NCBI RefSeq assembly: GCF_035084215.1
Contig: NC_090326.1
Span: 25,358,001-25,422,000 of the forward strand
Source: Heptranchias perlo
Lineage: Eukaryota
Reading direction: 5' to 3'
DNA length: 64,000 nt
The position numbers and the translations under genes were made by a program. Shown here one piece after another: positions 24,967 to 38,787 of this stretch. The notes beneath the pieces were generated by a model that did not search any database, was not told the DNA's origin, and saw only the letters and a program-made list of their open reading frames with translations. How positions within the stretch are numbered: position 1 is the stretch's first letter; each line of letters opens with the position of its first letter.

Positions 24967-26249
24967 CACAAGAACCCCAGGAATCTGTAGGGGAGTTGCT
25001 CCTAATTGCTTTCCCCTTTGCAGTCAAGCCATCAGGGAAACACAGCTAGAATAAGGAAATTACACAGACCAAGAAATAAAATAATCCTTTTAACGAAACA
25101 GATAATTGAAAATACAAGTTGTTCTTCTCTTTCTTGGTACACAGAGAACCAAGAAACATCTGGCAATGATATCACTGAAGAATTCATGATTCTCAGGGGC
25201 ATCCCATAACAGCTGCATTTCATCAGAGAATATTCTAGAGTATCCTTGAAGCCTTGAAGCCTTGAAGAAAACATACTAAACAAAGAATCTAACTGGAAAT
25301 GTGAACAAAGCTGCAACACAGAAAACTAGGGCCCCTAAAAGGGAAGTCCTAATCTTTAGTAGGAACCTCTAAGTGCAAGAGAAGCAGGAAACTTGCAATT
25401 CCCCAATAGGTTCCTGGGATCCTACTCACTTCATCCTTTGGCAGTCTTCTACCTGTGGCAAAAAACCTCCAATCGCAGAACAAACCAAATGGAAATTACA
25501 TCGATGAGAGAGTAGTGCAATCCCAAGGGATAAGAATGTGGTTGGAAACCAAGAGATAAAGTAAGAAGGTATGTGCAGCGTTCTGCCGCCAACTGGTGAC
25601 CAAGATACCAAGCAGCATAGACCGCCTCACAATACCCCACTACAAGAGAGACTGCCAACAGAGGAACTGCCCTCAAAACCAGTCCAGAATAAGGAGGTGT
25701 GATGTAGCATCTGTTATGAGCTTCACTTATCAACGTGCTTATTTGGAAAGGTACTCTTGGATGAGCGGAGACTTCTTGCTCAACATTTTTGGACAAGCAT
25801 ACAACATGGGTAAACATTTTTTTCCCTTGCAGCCCTGAAGTGCCTTGGGACATTTTTTCTATGTTAAAGGCACTACATAAATGCAAGTTATTATTATGTA
25901 ATTACTGTGTGTTGCATTCTTTTCATTGAAGTCTACATTCAACAAATAGAGTGATATCACACTCAGTTAACAAATAACACTTTAAAAATTGACAGCATTA
26001 AGGAAAAAAATTATTTGCAGGCTAGCTATCTTAATTTAAGAGAAAGCGACAGTGGAGCAAATAACATTTAAAAAGTCAACACAGCAAACTGAATTTAAGA
26101 AAAGTTTGAAGCTTTTTGCTTGTAATACCCAAGTGGGCTATTGCTAGAGCATTTATTTTTTAAAACTTTATTCCCTGGTGATTTCACCAGTAACAGTGGA
26201 TAAGCTAAGCACTTAATTTAAAAATAAGAAAAGAAAAATCTCTCTTAAT

Positions 26250-27393
26250 AGCATCAGTCACCTGCTTACTGCCAACACGAACGGCGGACTGACTGATGTT
26301 ATCTACTTTCCGGTGACAGTATGGAAGGAGCTGAAAGAAGTTGGGGCCTGCAGTGGCCTTGACTGCATCAGGCAATGCTGTGCCAGCTCTGGCAGTGGGT
26401 TACAGGTCTTGGTGCGGGAGGCGATATAGCTGTGTGACAACCTCTCTACGGAAGGGCAGCCTCCTTATGACCTGCTCCTCAGAACTGCAGGTGTGTTGTC
26501 CTGGGCCTGTACACTGCCTGGAGACTAAGCTTTCCAGCAAGCCTGCCTCCTTCTATTTGGTCTCCCTCGCAGCTGCACCTCCATTTGCTCCTTCCTCCAG
26601 TTGCTGTTCCTTCTCCTCTACCTCTAACCAGAGCGGAATTGCCAAAAGGACTCCCATGAAGAAAAAAGTTCATTGCCAGAATCCTCTTAAGAGTTCAGGA
26701 TGTTGTACAGCCACTGAGCACTTCAAAATTGTCTCGAGTACCAAAAAAAACTCAATGTATTACAAACAAATGGACTCCCAAAACTTTGCAGGATTTTAGC
26801 CAAGAGCAGGTAAGTATCGCTGGAAATGGCAGCACCCCTCCCACCCCAGACTTGTACCACCCATGATCTGTGGGGCAGGTTGAAGAACTGCCTGCAGCAA
26901 CATGGGTAGAGATGAATTCCAGAATGATACTGGGGCTTAGGGGGTTAAATTATGAGGACAGGTTGTATAAACTTGGCTTGGATTCCCTTGAGTATAGAAG
27001 ATTGAGGGGTGATCTGATAGAGATGTTTAAAATGTTGACAACTGGACCTTTCAAGACTGAAATTGATGGATGTTTGTTAGCTAAGGGTATCAAGGGATAT
27101 GGAGCAAAGGCTGGTAAACTGAGTTGAGGTATTGATCAGCCATGATTTGATGAATAGTGGAGCAGGCTCAAGGGGCTGAATGGCCTACTCTTGTTCCTAG
27201 TGTTGGGGTGTTAACCGCATCATTCGACCCCAGTTTGTATACATTGATGAAACCCCTGCCTGTTACTGGCAGAGGTTCTGACCCCCAAAATTCGCAGCAG
27301 GCAGATTTCCAGCGATAAGTCGATCGCCCCACCCTGTGCGAGTTTGGTCTCGTTACTGTCCCATTTTTAGGTAGAGAGATGAAAATTGCCCCC
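26250..27393 (-). mobile_element. Degenerate PIF/Harbinger DNA transposon (transposase N-terminal remnant at 26250-26520)
   Basis: Frameshifted translation VYRPRTTHLQ / SEEQVIRRLPFRREVVTQLYRL..DL*..ALPDAVKATAGPNFF / ISQSAV..KQVTDA resembles Harbinger (HARBI1-like) transposases; TIR-like GAAAATTGCCCC near 27381-27392. A CR1 fragment is inserted at about 26915-27200. Confidence 0.65.
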
Positions 27394-27499
27394 AGTGGAT
27401 ATGAAAGACCAGAGGTTTATTGTCCTATCTGCCAATAAGCAATTTTTAATTAAAGCTGAGGATTACATTTTCCCAAAAAGCTTTAAGACTTCTTGCCCC

Positions 27500-29217
27500 A
27501 CAATGGCACAGCAATTAAACAAATACTTTGGTTCTGTCTTCATGGAAGAGGACACAAATAACTTCCCTGAAATGCTAGGGAACCAAGGGACTAGTGAGGA
27601 GGAGGAATTAAAGGAAATTAGTATTAGTAAAAAAGTGCTGGAGAAATTAATCGGACTGAAAGCCGATAAATCCCCAGGGCCTGATAATCTGCATCCCAGA
27701 GTACTAAAAGAGGTAGCCATGGAAATAGTGGATGCATTAATTGTCATCTTCCAAAATTCTATAGATTATGAAACAGTTCCTGCAGATTGGAGGATGGCAA
27801 ATGTAACCCCACTAATTAAAAAAGAGAGAGAAAACAGGGAACTACAGACCGGTTAGCCTAACATCAGTAGTAGGGAAAATGCTAGAGTCTATTATAAAGG
27901 ATGTGATAACAAGACACTTAGAAAATATCAACGGGATTAGACAAAGTCAACATGGATTTATGAAAGGGAAATCATGTTTGACAAACCTACTGGAGTTTTT
28001 TGAGGATGTAACTGGTAGAATAGATAAGGAAGAAACAGTGGATGTGGTTTATTTGGATTTTCAGAAGGCCTTTGATAAAGTCCCACATAAGTGTGCAAAA
28101 TTAAAGCACATGGGATTGGTGGTAATATACTGGCACGGATTGAGAATTGGTTGACAGACAGGAAACAGAGTGTAGGAATAAACGGGTCTTTTTCCGGGTG
28201 GCAGGCAGTGACTAGTGAGATACCGCAGGGATCAGTGCTTGGGCCCCAGCTATTCACAATATATATCAATGATTTGGATGAGGGAACCAAATGTAATATT
28301 TCCAAGTTTGCTGATGACACAAAACTAGGTGGGATCGTGAGTTGTGAGGAGGATGCAAAGAGGCTTCATGGTGATTTAGACAAGTTGAGTGAGTGGGCAA
28401 ATACATGGCAGATACAGTATAACATGGATAAATGTGAAGTTATCCACTTCGGAAGGAAAAACAAAGGCAGAGTATTATTTAAATGGTGATAGATTGGGAA
28501 ATCTTGATGTACTAAGGGACCTGGGTGTCCTTGTACACCAGTCACTGAAAGTAAACATACAGGTGCAGCAAGCAGTTAGGAAGGCAAATGGTATGTTGGC
28601 CTTCATTGCAAGAGGATTTGAGTATGAGCAAGGATGTCTTACTGCAGTTATACATGAGCTTGGTGAGACCACACCTGGAGTATTGTGTGCAGTTTTGGTC
28701 TCCTTACCTAAAAAAGGACATACTTGCCATAGAGGGAGTGCAGCGAAGGTTCTCCAGACTGATTCCTGGGATGGCAGGACTGTCGTATGAGGAGAGATTG
28801 GGTCGACTCGGCCTGTATTCACTCAAATTTAGAAGAACGAGAGGGGATCTCATTGAAACATAAAATTCTGACAAGGCTAGACAGACTAGATGCAGGGAGG
28901 ATGCTTCCTCTGGCTTAGGGGTCCAGAACGAGGGGTCACAGTTTCAGGATATTTACGACTGAGATGAGGAGAAATTTCTTCACTCAGAGGGTGGTGAGCG
29001 CCTGTGGAATTCTCTACCACAGAAAGCTGTGGAGGCCAAGTCACTGAATATATTTAAGAAGGAGCTAGATAGATTTCTAGACACAAAAGGCATCAAGGGG
29101 TATGTGGAGAGAGCGGGAATATGGTACGGAGATAGAGGATCAGCCACGATCATAATGAATGGCGGAGCAGGCTCGAAGGGCCGAATGGCCGACTCCAGCT
29201 CCTATTTTCTATGTTTC
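27500..29217 (+). mobile_element. CR1 LINE, 5'-truncated RT
   Basis: SPGPDNLHP, QHGFMKGKSCLTNL, LDFQKAFDKVPH, PQGSVLGP, FADDTK, VRPHLEYCVQFWSP; tail CCTATTTTCTATGTTTC. Confidence 0.93.
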
Positions 29218-29283
29218 TAGCCAAAGATGATCTATTACTGGAGAAAATAAGTTTCAAGTGAGAACCGATCAAATTCCTCTTCC

Positions 29284-29716
29284 ATGGTAGCACTCCCGCC
29301 TCCAAGTCAAAAGGTTGTGGGTTCAAGTCCCACTCCAGAGACTGAAGCACAAAACACTTCCGTGCAGTACTGAGGGACGGCTGCACTGTCAGAGTGCCAT
29401 CTTTCGGATGAGATGTTAAACCGAGGCCCCGTCTGCCCCCTCAGGTGGATGTAAAAGATCCCATGCCACCATTTTGAAGAAGAACAGGGGAGTTCTCCCC
29501 GGGGTCCTGGCTAATATTTATCCCCCAACTAATATCTAAAAGATTATTTGGCCATTATCTCATTGCTGTTTGTGGGTGCTTGCTGTGCATAAATTATCTT
29601 GTGCTTCCTACATTACAACAGTGACTACACTTTAAAAGTACTTCACTGGTTGTAAAATCCTTTGAGTCGTCCTGAGGTCATGAAAGGTGCTATATAAATA
29701 CAAGTCTTTCTTTTCT
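29284..29716 (+). mobile_element. DeuSINE, near full-length
   Basis: B box GGTTCAAGTCCC, Deu core GATGAGATGTTAAACCGAGGCCCCGTCTG, and L2-like tail. Confidence 0.87.
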
Positions 29717-31684
29717 TCAGCCAAAACCTTGGTACCTGCAGTGCTCCATTAAAGGAGAAGGGGAGAAAACCGCAAGGCAGAGAAACAGAAACAATCAAGA
29801 ATGTCTCCATTTATATCTACACCTCTGCACACAGGAATTTTGGTCCTGCCGCAAATATAGTTTAACATTTTCTCTCAGGTTGCTGCTTCCTTCCTGGTTC
29901 TTTGCTTCCCCTCAATAGTTTCCAATTTCATATTTTCTTCCTCTCCCCCATCACCTTTAACTTGCTTCCTGCCCCAGACTGGAGATACATGTGCTCAGCG
30001 GAACATCATTTCACTTGGCGACCCCTCTTCATCATGCCGATGCTCCTCAAGCTTCCACCCAACTCTTTCCCCTCCCCCTTCTACCATTCCACCTGCCTCC
30101 CACTCAGACTGGGGACCAACTGTAAGCCAATTGCTCTTTCAAGATAATGGGGATGGGCATCGATAGGCAGGGCTGCTCCAGCCTTCCACACTGTACAACT
30201 GATCTCTCGACCATCATGAGAAGAGAGAGGTTTCATTTCGCAACAATGATGGGATGTAATGCGTCAGATCAAGCAGACGTGCAGAGAGCAATCCTGCCAA
30301 TGGTGTGACATTCTAACACGGTGATGGTGTAGATAAGTGGGCGACAGTGATGTCCGACAAGCGATACTGCTGACTACGGCACATCCAAAGCATCTGTCTA
30401 CAGCAGTGCCTATCATACCAGATCACGGTTAGCTAACTTTTATCAATACGGAGGCACCGCAGGCACTTTCAGCATTGGGACGCAGTTTAAGAAGGGTGGT
30501 TTTTGGATCTCAATTGTAAACTCATGACAGTGACAGTAACCAGTGCAGTCAACGGGAAAAGTTTTTTTGTTCAAAAGCAAGCAACTAGATCCAGGGGATA
30601 TATGCAGAGATGACAAGCTGAACGTGCAAGAAGCAACTACAGATAATAGCTGTTTAACTTATGAAACAGATTTTCATCTGGCATCAGGTCTTCCCAGAGG
30701 CTGGAATCCGGCCGGTTTTCATTGGGGGTTTCGCTGGCTGTAGGAGATCTGCCATTGGGGAATGGTTAGTGCAAATATGCCACCAACGTCCATATAAAAG
30801 CAGCTTTGGTTGTAACATATAAAAGGAAGTGGATTAGGGCAGGCCAGAGGCAGATGAAAATAACTTGGTCATCCTTGAACAAGCAGCCAAACAACAATGT
30901 ACCAGATGAGCTTACGTTCATGACTTGTAACAAACAATTCTGCCTCCCCCCGGGTGAATAGTTTGCTCACGGTGAAGAACTTCAGTACTGGAGAATGGAA
31001 CACTTCACCCACCCTTACTTTTCTCATCCGCTATCATCAGCTAGCTGCAGAGTAAAGCCCCTTTCACTCTGCATCGCTAATGTGCCTTAACGCCAACCTC
31101 AGAAGAACATCCCACGACCAATGGGATTGTCCTTCCCCTTTCCCTTCCTCACCCACCCCAAACTTCTTCCACCAGGTATCTTTAGGAGTTCTCGGGAGTG
31201 GGATTGCCAAGTTGCGGTCAGTTTTGTGCTGTAGGGTCATTTTTTTTTTTTAAGTTTTTTTTAAAAACATACGACATGTAGAATTTGATTTAGTGCACCA
31301 ATCAGGCAACTGAACAGATGATCAGCTGTTACCACAGATTCCAACTTATTGGGGATATAATCTTTCCTTCGAAAAAAGTTATGTCCTAAATTATTCTACC
31401 AATAATTGTTTTCTTGAGTGAAGCTGGAAGAACAGTGGGCTCTCTTTAAAATGTCAACCCAATTTGAAAGTAGTGCAAAATGATGATTGCATTGTATAGT
31501 TCATTGCAAACATCTTTCTGTTTCTCTGTATTCTTCGATTTGTAAACAACGCAGTTTGGCCTGTAGAAAGTGGTCTTCCTGTGCAATATTTTCCATCATC
31601 CAAGGCAACAGGGGGAACTTAGGCATTCCACAAATTCTGCAGTGCGCCATTTACTGTGATTGGAGTTGCTTGATATGGGGTACA

Positions 31685-31970
31685 CTAGAATCATATAGCA
31701 CAGGAGGCCATTCGGCCCATTATGCCTGTGTCAGCTCTTTGAAAGAGCCATCCAATTAGCCCCACTTCCCCCCCCCACCCCCCCCCCACCTTTCACCATA
31801 GCCCTGCAGTTTTTTTTCTTTTCAAGTATATATCCAATTCCCTTCTAAAAGTTATTATTGAATCTGCTTCCACCACCCTTCCAGGCAGTGCATTCCAGAT
31901 CATAACTTGCTGCATAAAAAGATTTCTCCTCAGCTCCCCTCTGGTTCTTTTGCCAATTATCTTAAATCTG
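31685..31970 (-). mobile_element. CR1 LINE 3' fragment
   Basis: ORF 31793-31990 ...WNALPGRVVEADSIITFRRELDIYL. Confidence 0.8.
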
Positions 31971-33989
31971 ACCGCTCTGTTTATCCCCACCCGTCCTCCC
32001 TGTCACTAATCCAAATGTGGCAGAGCAAAGATGCAAGTTTCAGTTCATGCATGGTGAACTCTCAAAGTAGTTTACACAAAAAAAGTGTCCTGAATGTAGC
32101 TGAAGAGACGTTGCCATGTACCTTGAAGGAGCCCTGGAGAAATGACAGCCGTTGTATCTTCCAAATGCCGCAGGGCATAGATAACCGAGGCATCAAGTGG
32201 GTTACTTAACATAAGCTGATAATGGAGCTACAGCTCACAAATACAAAAATGGCATCTCTAAAGCAAAGGTAAAGCTTGAAAGATACGCTCATCTTGCCCC
32301 TCCCCCTCCCAGAGTTGATATGTGGAAGGATTCCCAGCAAGATCAGCTAACACGGTATCAATTAATTCTCTTTGACAAAGAGCTGGATAAATATTTAAGA
32401 ATTGAGGTTGAATGTATATATAATACACACACACGCACGTATACACACTGATCAAATAAAAGACCCATGATTATGATGGTATCTACGCTGCAGATACAAT
32501 CTAAATGTCATCTGTGGAAAACAATTAAAGGGTCATGTAACGTTACACTAACATCCTTGAATTTCAATAAAAACTTGCATTTATTTAGCACCTTTAATGT
32601 AGTAAAACATCCCAAGGCGCTTCAAAGGAGCATAATCAGATAAAAATTGACACCGCTACATCTACATTACCTTAAGGGAGAGGCTATTAAGAGTTTTATC
32701 TCCTTGGAAATCTTATGATGGTCACTTCCACCAGGAGATAAAGTGAGTGGGACAGAGTCCAAGTTGTACTTGGTCCATTAAGAAAGGACTCTAGGGCCTG
32801 AATTGCCTTATCTGGTTTCAGTCTACATGAAAGTTTGTGGGAATAAAATGAATCACATCAGTTATCCAAAAACAGAAAAGGTGATGCCTTTAGCTGAAGT
32901 GGAATCACTGACTGAAATGAAATATTGTGCAATATGACTAAGCTACTTTGTATTGCTGAATGTATAAATTGGTGCACACCAATGCTGTCAGCAGATCCTT
33001 CCCATTACTACAGTGATAGATTTTATTTATTAATAAAAGCTGCAGTACCCTCACAGTAACTAGATTTACAATTAATGTTGACCGGAAGTAGTTGGCAGGT
33101 TTTGGAATTACAATAAAAATCAGATGCCTGTTATGCATGAATAATCTGTACCTTTTTACTGAAATAAAAATTTAGGATCGGGGAATAATTCTTTGAATGG
33201 CTCTCCATGTACTGGGAGGTGAACAATGTAGTGAGGTCTGCATACCTTTTCTTTGAATAATTAGCATATTACTTTTGTTGCTGTATCCCAATGGAATAGA
33301 TCTCTGCAATGATGGCACTATTTTCATTTGGGTAGCGGACATTGTCTTTCAGCAGTTAGCACATAGGGTTTTGTGGGGGTGGGGGGGGGGGTTTCCTTGG
33401 GAGTATGTCAATATTTCGAGGGGTCCCACACTATGCCTGTATCTGTAAATCTTAACAAAATAACACATTTCATGTTCTGGCTTTTTTGTTTTGAGATAAA
33501 CTTGGATGATTAGGAGGTGCAGATTCAGAGAAGGATGCACAGGAAACGGAAGTAGTCTTTCTGGTTTGATTGAAAAAAAACCCGATTTTTTTCAATCGTC
33601 TAAAATGATACAAAAAAGTTGCACCCCATTTTCTGGCACACTAATTATTTGACAGAATACTTCAAAAAACTTCATTATTTAAATCTGGCGATTCAGTGCG
33701 GCTGTAAATGTTATTGTAGTCCATTACCACATATTTATTCATTCTCGGGATACAAGTGTCATTGGCAAAGCCAGCATTTATGTGGCTGGTCCAGTTGAGT
33801 TTCTGGTCAATGGCAACCCCCAGGATGTTGATGGTGGAAGGTATATTCAACATATATTCATCAGAACAGTCACATGATGGAAAATTGTTAATTCACCAGA
33901 CACAGGGCTTATATTCTTAGGAAGACAAGGCACCTGTGAATGTTTAGTAAATGTGGCTCTTATTATTGTATTGGTGGGATTTGTGCAAG

Positions 33990-35290
33990 GAAGGAGGCCA
34001 TTCGGCCCATCATGCCTTCGTCAGCTCTTGAACTGCAGCTATCTACTCAACACTTTCTGTATTCTTTTTAAAAAGGAATAGAATAAGTCTTTTTTTTTTA
34101 AAAAGTGATGTTATTGTCTTTGCCTCAACAGACACTTGTGCTGAAGCATTTGATGCTCTACTAACTGTGTGTGAAAACATTCCTTTGAATTTTCCACTTC
34201 ATTCTTCGAGCAATGGTCGAGTTTATGGCTTCTTGTTACCAATGGAAATAATCTTCCATTTATCTTCTCAAAACTTTTCATAATTTTGAAAGCCCCCACC
34301 CCCCATAGCTTTTTTTTTTCATTCCAGTGAAAAAGGCTCAAAAATCTGAGGCATTTCTTTAGAATTATCAAGAACATAAGTAGGCCAATCAGCCCCTCGA
34401 GCCTGTTCCGCCATACAATCAGATCATGACTGATCTGTATCTTAACTCCATTTACCCGCCTTGCTTCCATAACCCTTAATAACACTGCCTAACAAAAAAA
34501 AATCTATCAACTGACCCCTAACCTCAACTACTTTTTTTGGGGGGGGGTGGGGGGGGGTGGTAGTAAAGAGTTCAAGATTTCCATTACCCTTTGTGTGAAG
34601 TAGTGTTTCTTGACATCGCCTCTGATTGGCCTAGCTCTGACTTTAAGGTTATGTCCCCTTGTTTTGGACTCTCCCACCAGAGGAAGCAGTTTCTCTCTAT
34701 CCTATCAGCTCCTTTATTCATCTTAAACACCTCAGCTAGATCACCCCTTAATCTTCCATACTCAAGGGAATACAAGCCCAGTCTATGCAACCTGGCCTCA
34801 TAATTTAACCCTTTTAGCCCTGGTATCATTCTGGTGAATATGCACTGCAATCTCTCCAAGGCCAATATATCCTTCCTGAGATGCGGTGCACGGAACTGAA
34901 TGCAGGACAACAAATGGGGTCTAACCAGAGCTCTGCACAGCTGTAACATAACTTCCATCCCATTGTATTCCAGCCATCTTGAGATAAAGGCCAACATTCC
35001 ATTAGCCTTTGTAATTATTTTTTGTACCTGTCCACTTTTAGTGATTTCTGTATTTGGACCCCGAAATCTTTCTGCTCATCCAGTTCCCAGCTTCTCGTCA
35101 TTTAGAAAATATACTGATCTATCTTTCTTCTTAGGTCCAAAGTGGATGATTTCACACTTTCCCACAATGAACTCCATCTGCCACAGTTTTGCTCATCATA
35201 AGTACATAAGAAATAGGAGCAGGAGTAGGCCATACGGCCCCTCAAGCCTCCTCCGCCATTCAATAAGATCATGGCTGATCTTCTATCTCA
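33990..35290 (-). mobile_element. Cluster of CR1 3' fragments
   Basis: ORF 34584-34997 MLAFISR..LVRPHL..LRGDL; separate 3' tails at about 33990, 34370 and 35200. Confidence 0.8.
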
Positions 35291-35569
35291 ACCTCTTATT
35301 CCTAATGAATCACTACTGTCGCCTCTCCATGGCTCGAATATCCTTCTGAGCATTGGAGTCCTCAGCAGTGCATTTAAACTGCACCTGTGACCTAACCAAT
35401 GTCTTGTCCAAATTCATGATCACTTACTTGCTTTAGATTTCAATGCCCCCATGTATAAAACTCAGAATACCATTTAATTTTTTAAAAAAACTTTTCCACC
35501 TTTCAAGATGCATGTATAGGGACCCCTATGTCGCGCTGTTACTCCACAGCGATCTTGCAGTTTAAAAAG

Positions 35570-35785
35570 ACTTGTCTTTGCCTTTCATGACCTCAGGACA
35601 TCCCAAAGATCTTTACAACCACAGTAGTATATTTGAACTGTAGTACAGTTCTAATGTAGGAAATGCAGAAGCCAATTTGCACACAGCAAGGTCCCACAAA
35701 CAGCGAATGTGATAATGACCAGATAATCTGTTTTAGTGATGTTGGTTGAGGGATAAATATTGTCTAGGACACCAGGGAGAACTTT
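35570..35785 (-). mobile_element. DeuSINE 3' part
   Basis: CCTTTCATGACCTCAGGACATCCCAAAG...CAGCAAGGTCCCACAAACAGC. Confidence 0.8.
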
Positions 35786-35789
35786 TGCA

Positions 35790-37270
35790 GTACATTATTG
35801 CGAATCCGATCTCGACACTTTTTTCTCCCCTTATCCAATCTCTTCCGCCCTACATCCGCGACTCTTCTGACGCCCTCCACCACTTTAACAGTTTCCAGTT
35901 CCCCGGCCCTGACCGTCTCCTTTTCACCATGGACCTCCAGTCCCTCTAAACTCCATCCCCAACCAGGACGGCCTGCGGGCCCTCCGCTTCTTCCTTGAAC
36001 AGAGGCCCAACCAGTCCCCATCCACCACTACCCTCCTCCGCCTGGCTGAACTTGTTCTTACTTTGAACAACTTCTCCTTTGACTCCACTCACTTCCTCCA
36101 AATAAAAGGTGTCGCTATGGGAACCCGCATGGGTCCCAGCTATGCCTGCCTTTTTGTGGGCTACGTGGAACATTCCTTGTTCCAGTCCTATTCAGGTCCC
36201 CTCCCTCACCTCCTTTTCTGGTACATTGATGACTGCATCAGTGCCGGTTCCTGCTCTCACCCCGAACTGGAAAATTTCATCAACTTTGCTTCCAATTTCC
36301 ACCCTTTCCTCGCCTTCACATGGTCCACCTCCAACTCTTCCCTTCCTCGACTCCTCTATCTCCATTTCTGGGGATACGCTGTCAACCAATATCTATTGTA
36401 AACCCACCGACTCCCACAGCTACCTTGATTACACTTCTCCCCACCCCGCTTCCTGTAAGGACTCTATTCCCTTCTCCCAGTTTCTCAGTCATATCTGTTC
36501 TGACGATGCCACCTTCCACACTACTGCTTCCGCTACGTCTTCCTTTTTCCTCAACCAATGACTCCCCTCCACTGAAGTTGACAGGGCTCTCGACTGTGTA
36601 CTTCTTTCAATTTAGTATACGGTATTCACTGCAATGCAGTCTCCTCTACATTGGGGAGACCAAACGCAGACTGGATGATCACTTTGCTGAATACCTCTGC
36701 TAGTCCGCAAGTGTGACCCTGATCTGTTGGTTGCTTGCCGTTTTAAATTCCCGTCCTACTCTGTCCTCGGCGTTTAAACTGTTCTAATGAAGTTCAACAG
36801 AAGCTCGAGGAACAGCACCTCATCTTTCGATTAGGCACTTTACAACCTTCTGGACTCAACACTGATTTTGATAACTTCAGATCATAACTACTGCTCCCTT
36901 TTTTTTGGGCAGCAACTACCAACAACGATTCTGATGTTGCCATTTACAGCTCCTCTAGACCCATCTTTTGTTTCTTTACTTGTCCCATTATCACCCTCCT
37001 TGTCTTGCACTATCATCCCTTTTGTCATTTAATCACTCCTGCCCTCCACCGCATCACAGACTTTCCCTTTTGTTCTTTCCTCCCCCTTTTCCGTGGCTTT
37101 GTACTTGCTTAAAAACTGTTAAATTTTCAACTTTTTCCATTTCTTACGAAGGGTAATCGACCTGAAAGGTTAACTGTTTCTTTTTCCACAGATGCTGCCT
37201 GACTAGCTGAGTATTTGCAGCATTTTCTGTTTCTATTTCAGATTTCCAGCACCCGGAGCATTTTGCTTTT
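35790..37270 (+). mobile_element. Penelope-like retroelement, degenerate (RT plus GIY-YIG)
   Basis: FTMDLQSL, LNNFSFDSTHFLQIKGVAMGTRMGPSYACLFVG, WYIDD, KPTDSHSYLDY, LYIGETKRRL; typical 3' terminus ACAGATGCTGCCTGAC..GCTGAGTATTT. Confidence 0.9.
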
Positions 37271-38589
37271 GATTGTGAATCTAGAGTGTTTTATGCTGAA
37301 TGTTATTATTCTACCAAATCTCACTTCACTTTCCCTGGAGAGCGTTAAAATCAATCAGCAACTACAGGAGATTAAACTGCTGTTGAAAGCGGGTGTCTAA
37401 CAACGTAACAGACACAGATAGCATCGTCCCCTAAATGGGTTGGAGTTTAACCTCATAACAGATTTTTCTACCTTGCACATATAATTTGCAGGTTCATTGA
37501 AGGGCTGTATCCCATCTGCATAATCCACTCTAAAAACCTTATACATGTAGAAATACTGCATCCAATCACTTGTCTAAACACTGCCTATAATACTCTCGGG
37601 TCCAGACATTTAAACTGTACATGACACCCGTTTTATACTACAGAATTGCTTCAAGTCAACAACTGTGTTGGCTTTTGTTGTGGCCCAACCATCCCCACTT
37701 AAACTGGGGCCCTCAATCTTCAAGTACCTTGTGGTGTAGATTTGACCAAGGGGTGCTGAGCTGCTGGGAAATGTGCATGTTCGCTGATGGCCGAAGTTAA
37801 CTTTAAACAGTTCTGGGCACACCCAGATCTCATGCAGTTCCAGTTATGCAAAGAAGTCACCATTCGTTTGGCCGGGACCTTCCCTAGTGCCAGGGGTAGG
37901 TATGCACAGGCCAGCAATGCACTTCTGCCATTGCCACCCTGGATTGTGGGCTGAGAAGCCAGCCAATGCCCACGCAAAATGGCATAGACACCAAATGCTG
38001 CATGCATGCCTGCGCTGCCTACAACTGGTGCCGATGGCTCCATCAGTTAGCGGCAGGAAGATTTCACTGCCTCCAACAGCTCCAGATCGTTCAAACTGCA
38101 AATTGGTCACCAGTAGCCTTCCTGTCAGCAGCAAATCTGAACTATAAAAGGGTGGGGGGGGGGGGGTGGGAGAAAAGCATCTGGTGTACCGTATATATTT
38201 AGAGCGTAATTCCCCTCCCTGCTAATTTTAGCAAGAGAAAAACATTGCTCAAGATTGAACTGTCTAGCTACAGAATATCATGAACACTAGTGAAAATCTT
38301 ATAATCCCATGTAATAAAAACTGAATGCAACTTATTCAGTCACCATAGACCAATGGGCATAAATATAAATTGATGCAATGCAATCCAAAGTGCTGGTAAA
38401 AATGCCAGGTCATAAAAATGGAATTTGACTGATTCAGTCACTATATAACATATGGCCCTGATCACGACCTTTTAGTTGCTTTCACCTTTTCCCCTATCTG
38501 CTATCCCACAACTAATTGACAGCCATCTGGATAATTGCTTTGACTTGGATGAATTAAGATCACGGCAAGAATAAAAGTATTTTTTTTAG

Positions 38590-38785
38590 CTCCTGATCAT
38601 GTTCAGGACATCCCAAAGCGCGCACAACAAATAGTGATGTATGGTAACATGGCAGCCAATTGCACGCAACAAGGTCCCATTACAAAAAATTAATTCACAA
38701 TCAGATAATCTGTTTTTGGTGGTGTTGGTTGAAGAAATGTTGGCCAGAACACTGGGAAAACTCCTCTGCCCTTCTTTGAGAATTT
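38590..38785 (-). mobile_element. DeuSINE 3' part
   Basis: TCAGGACATCCCAAAGCGC...GCAACAAGGTCCC...CAGATAATCTGTTTTT. Confidence 0.7.
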
Positions 38786-38787
38786 CC

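Noticed and set aside
26341-26799. 152-aa plus-strand ORF
   Set aside because: Antisense shadow of the Harbinger relic; no protein-like features of its own.
30180-30720. Unique, somewhat CpG-retaining stretch as a possible nested exon or transposase relic
   Set aside because: I found no sustained reading frame, recognisable motif or convincing splice pair.
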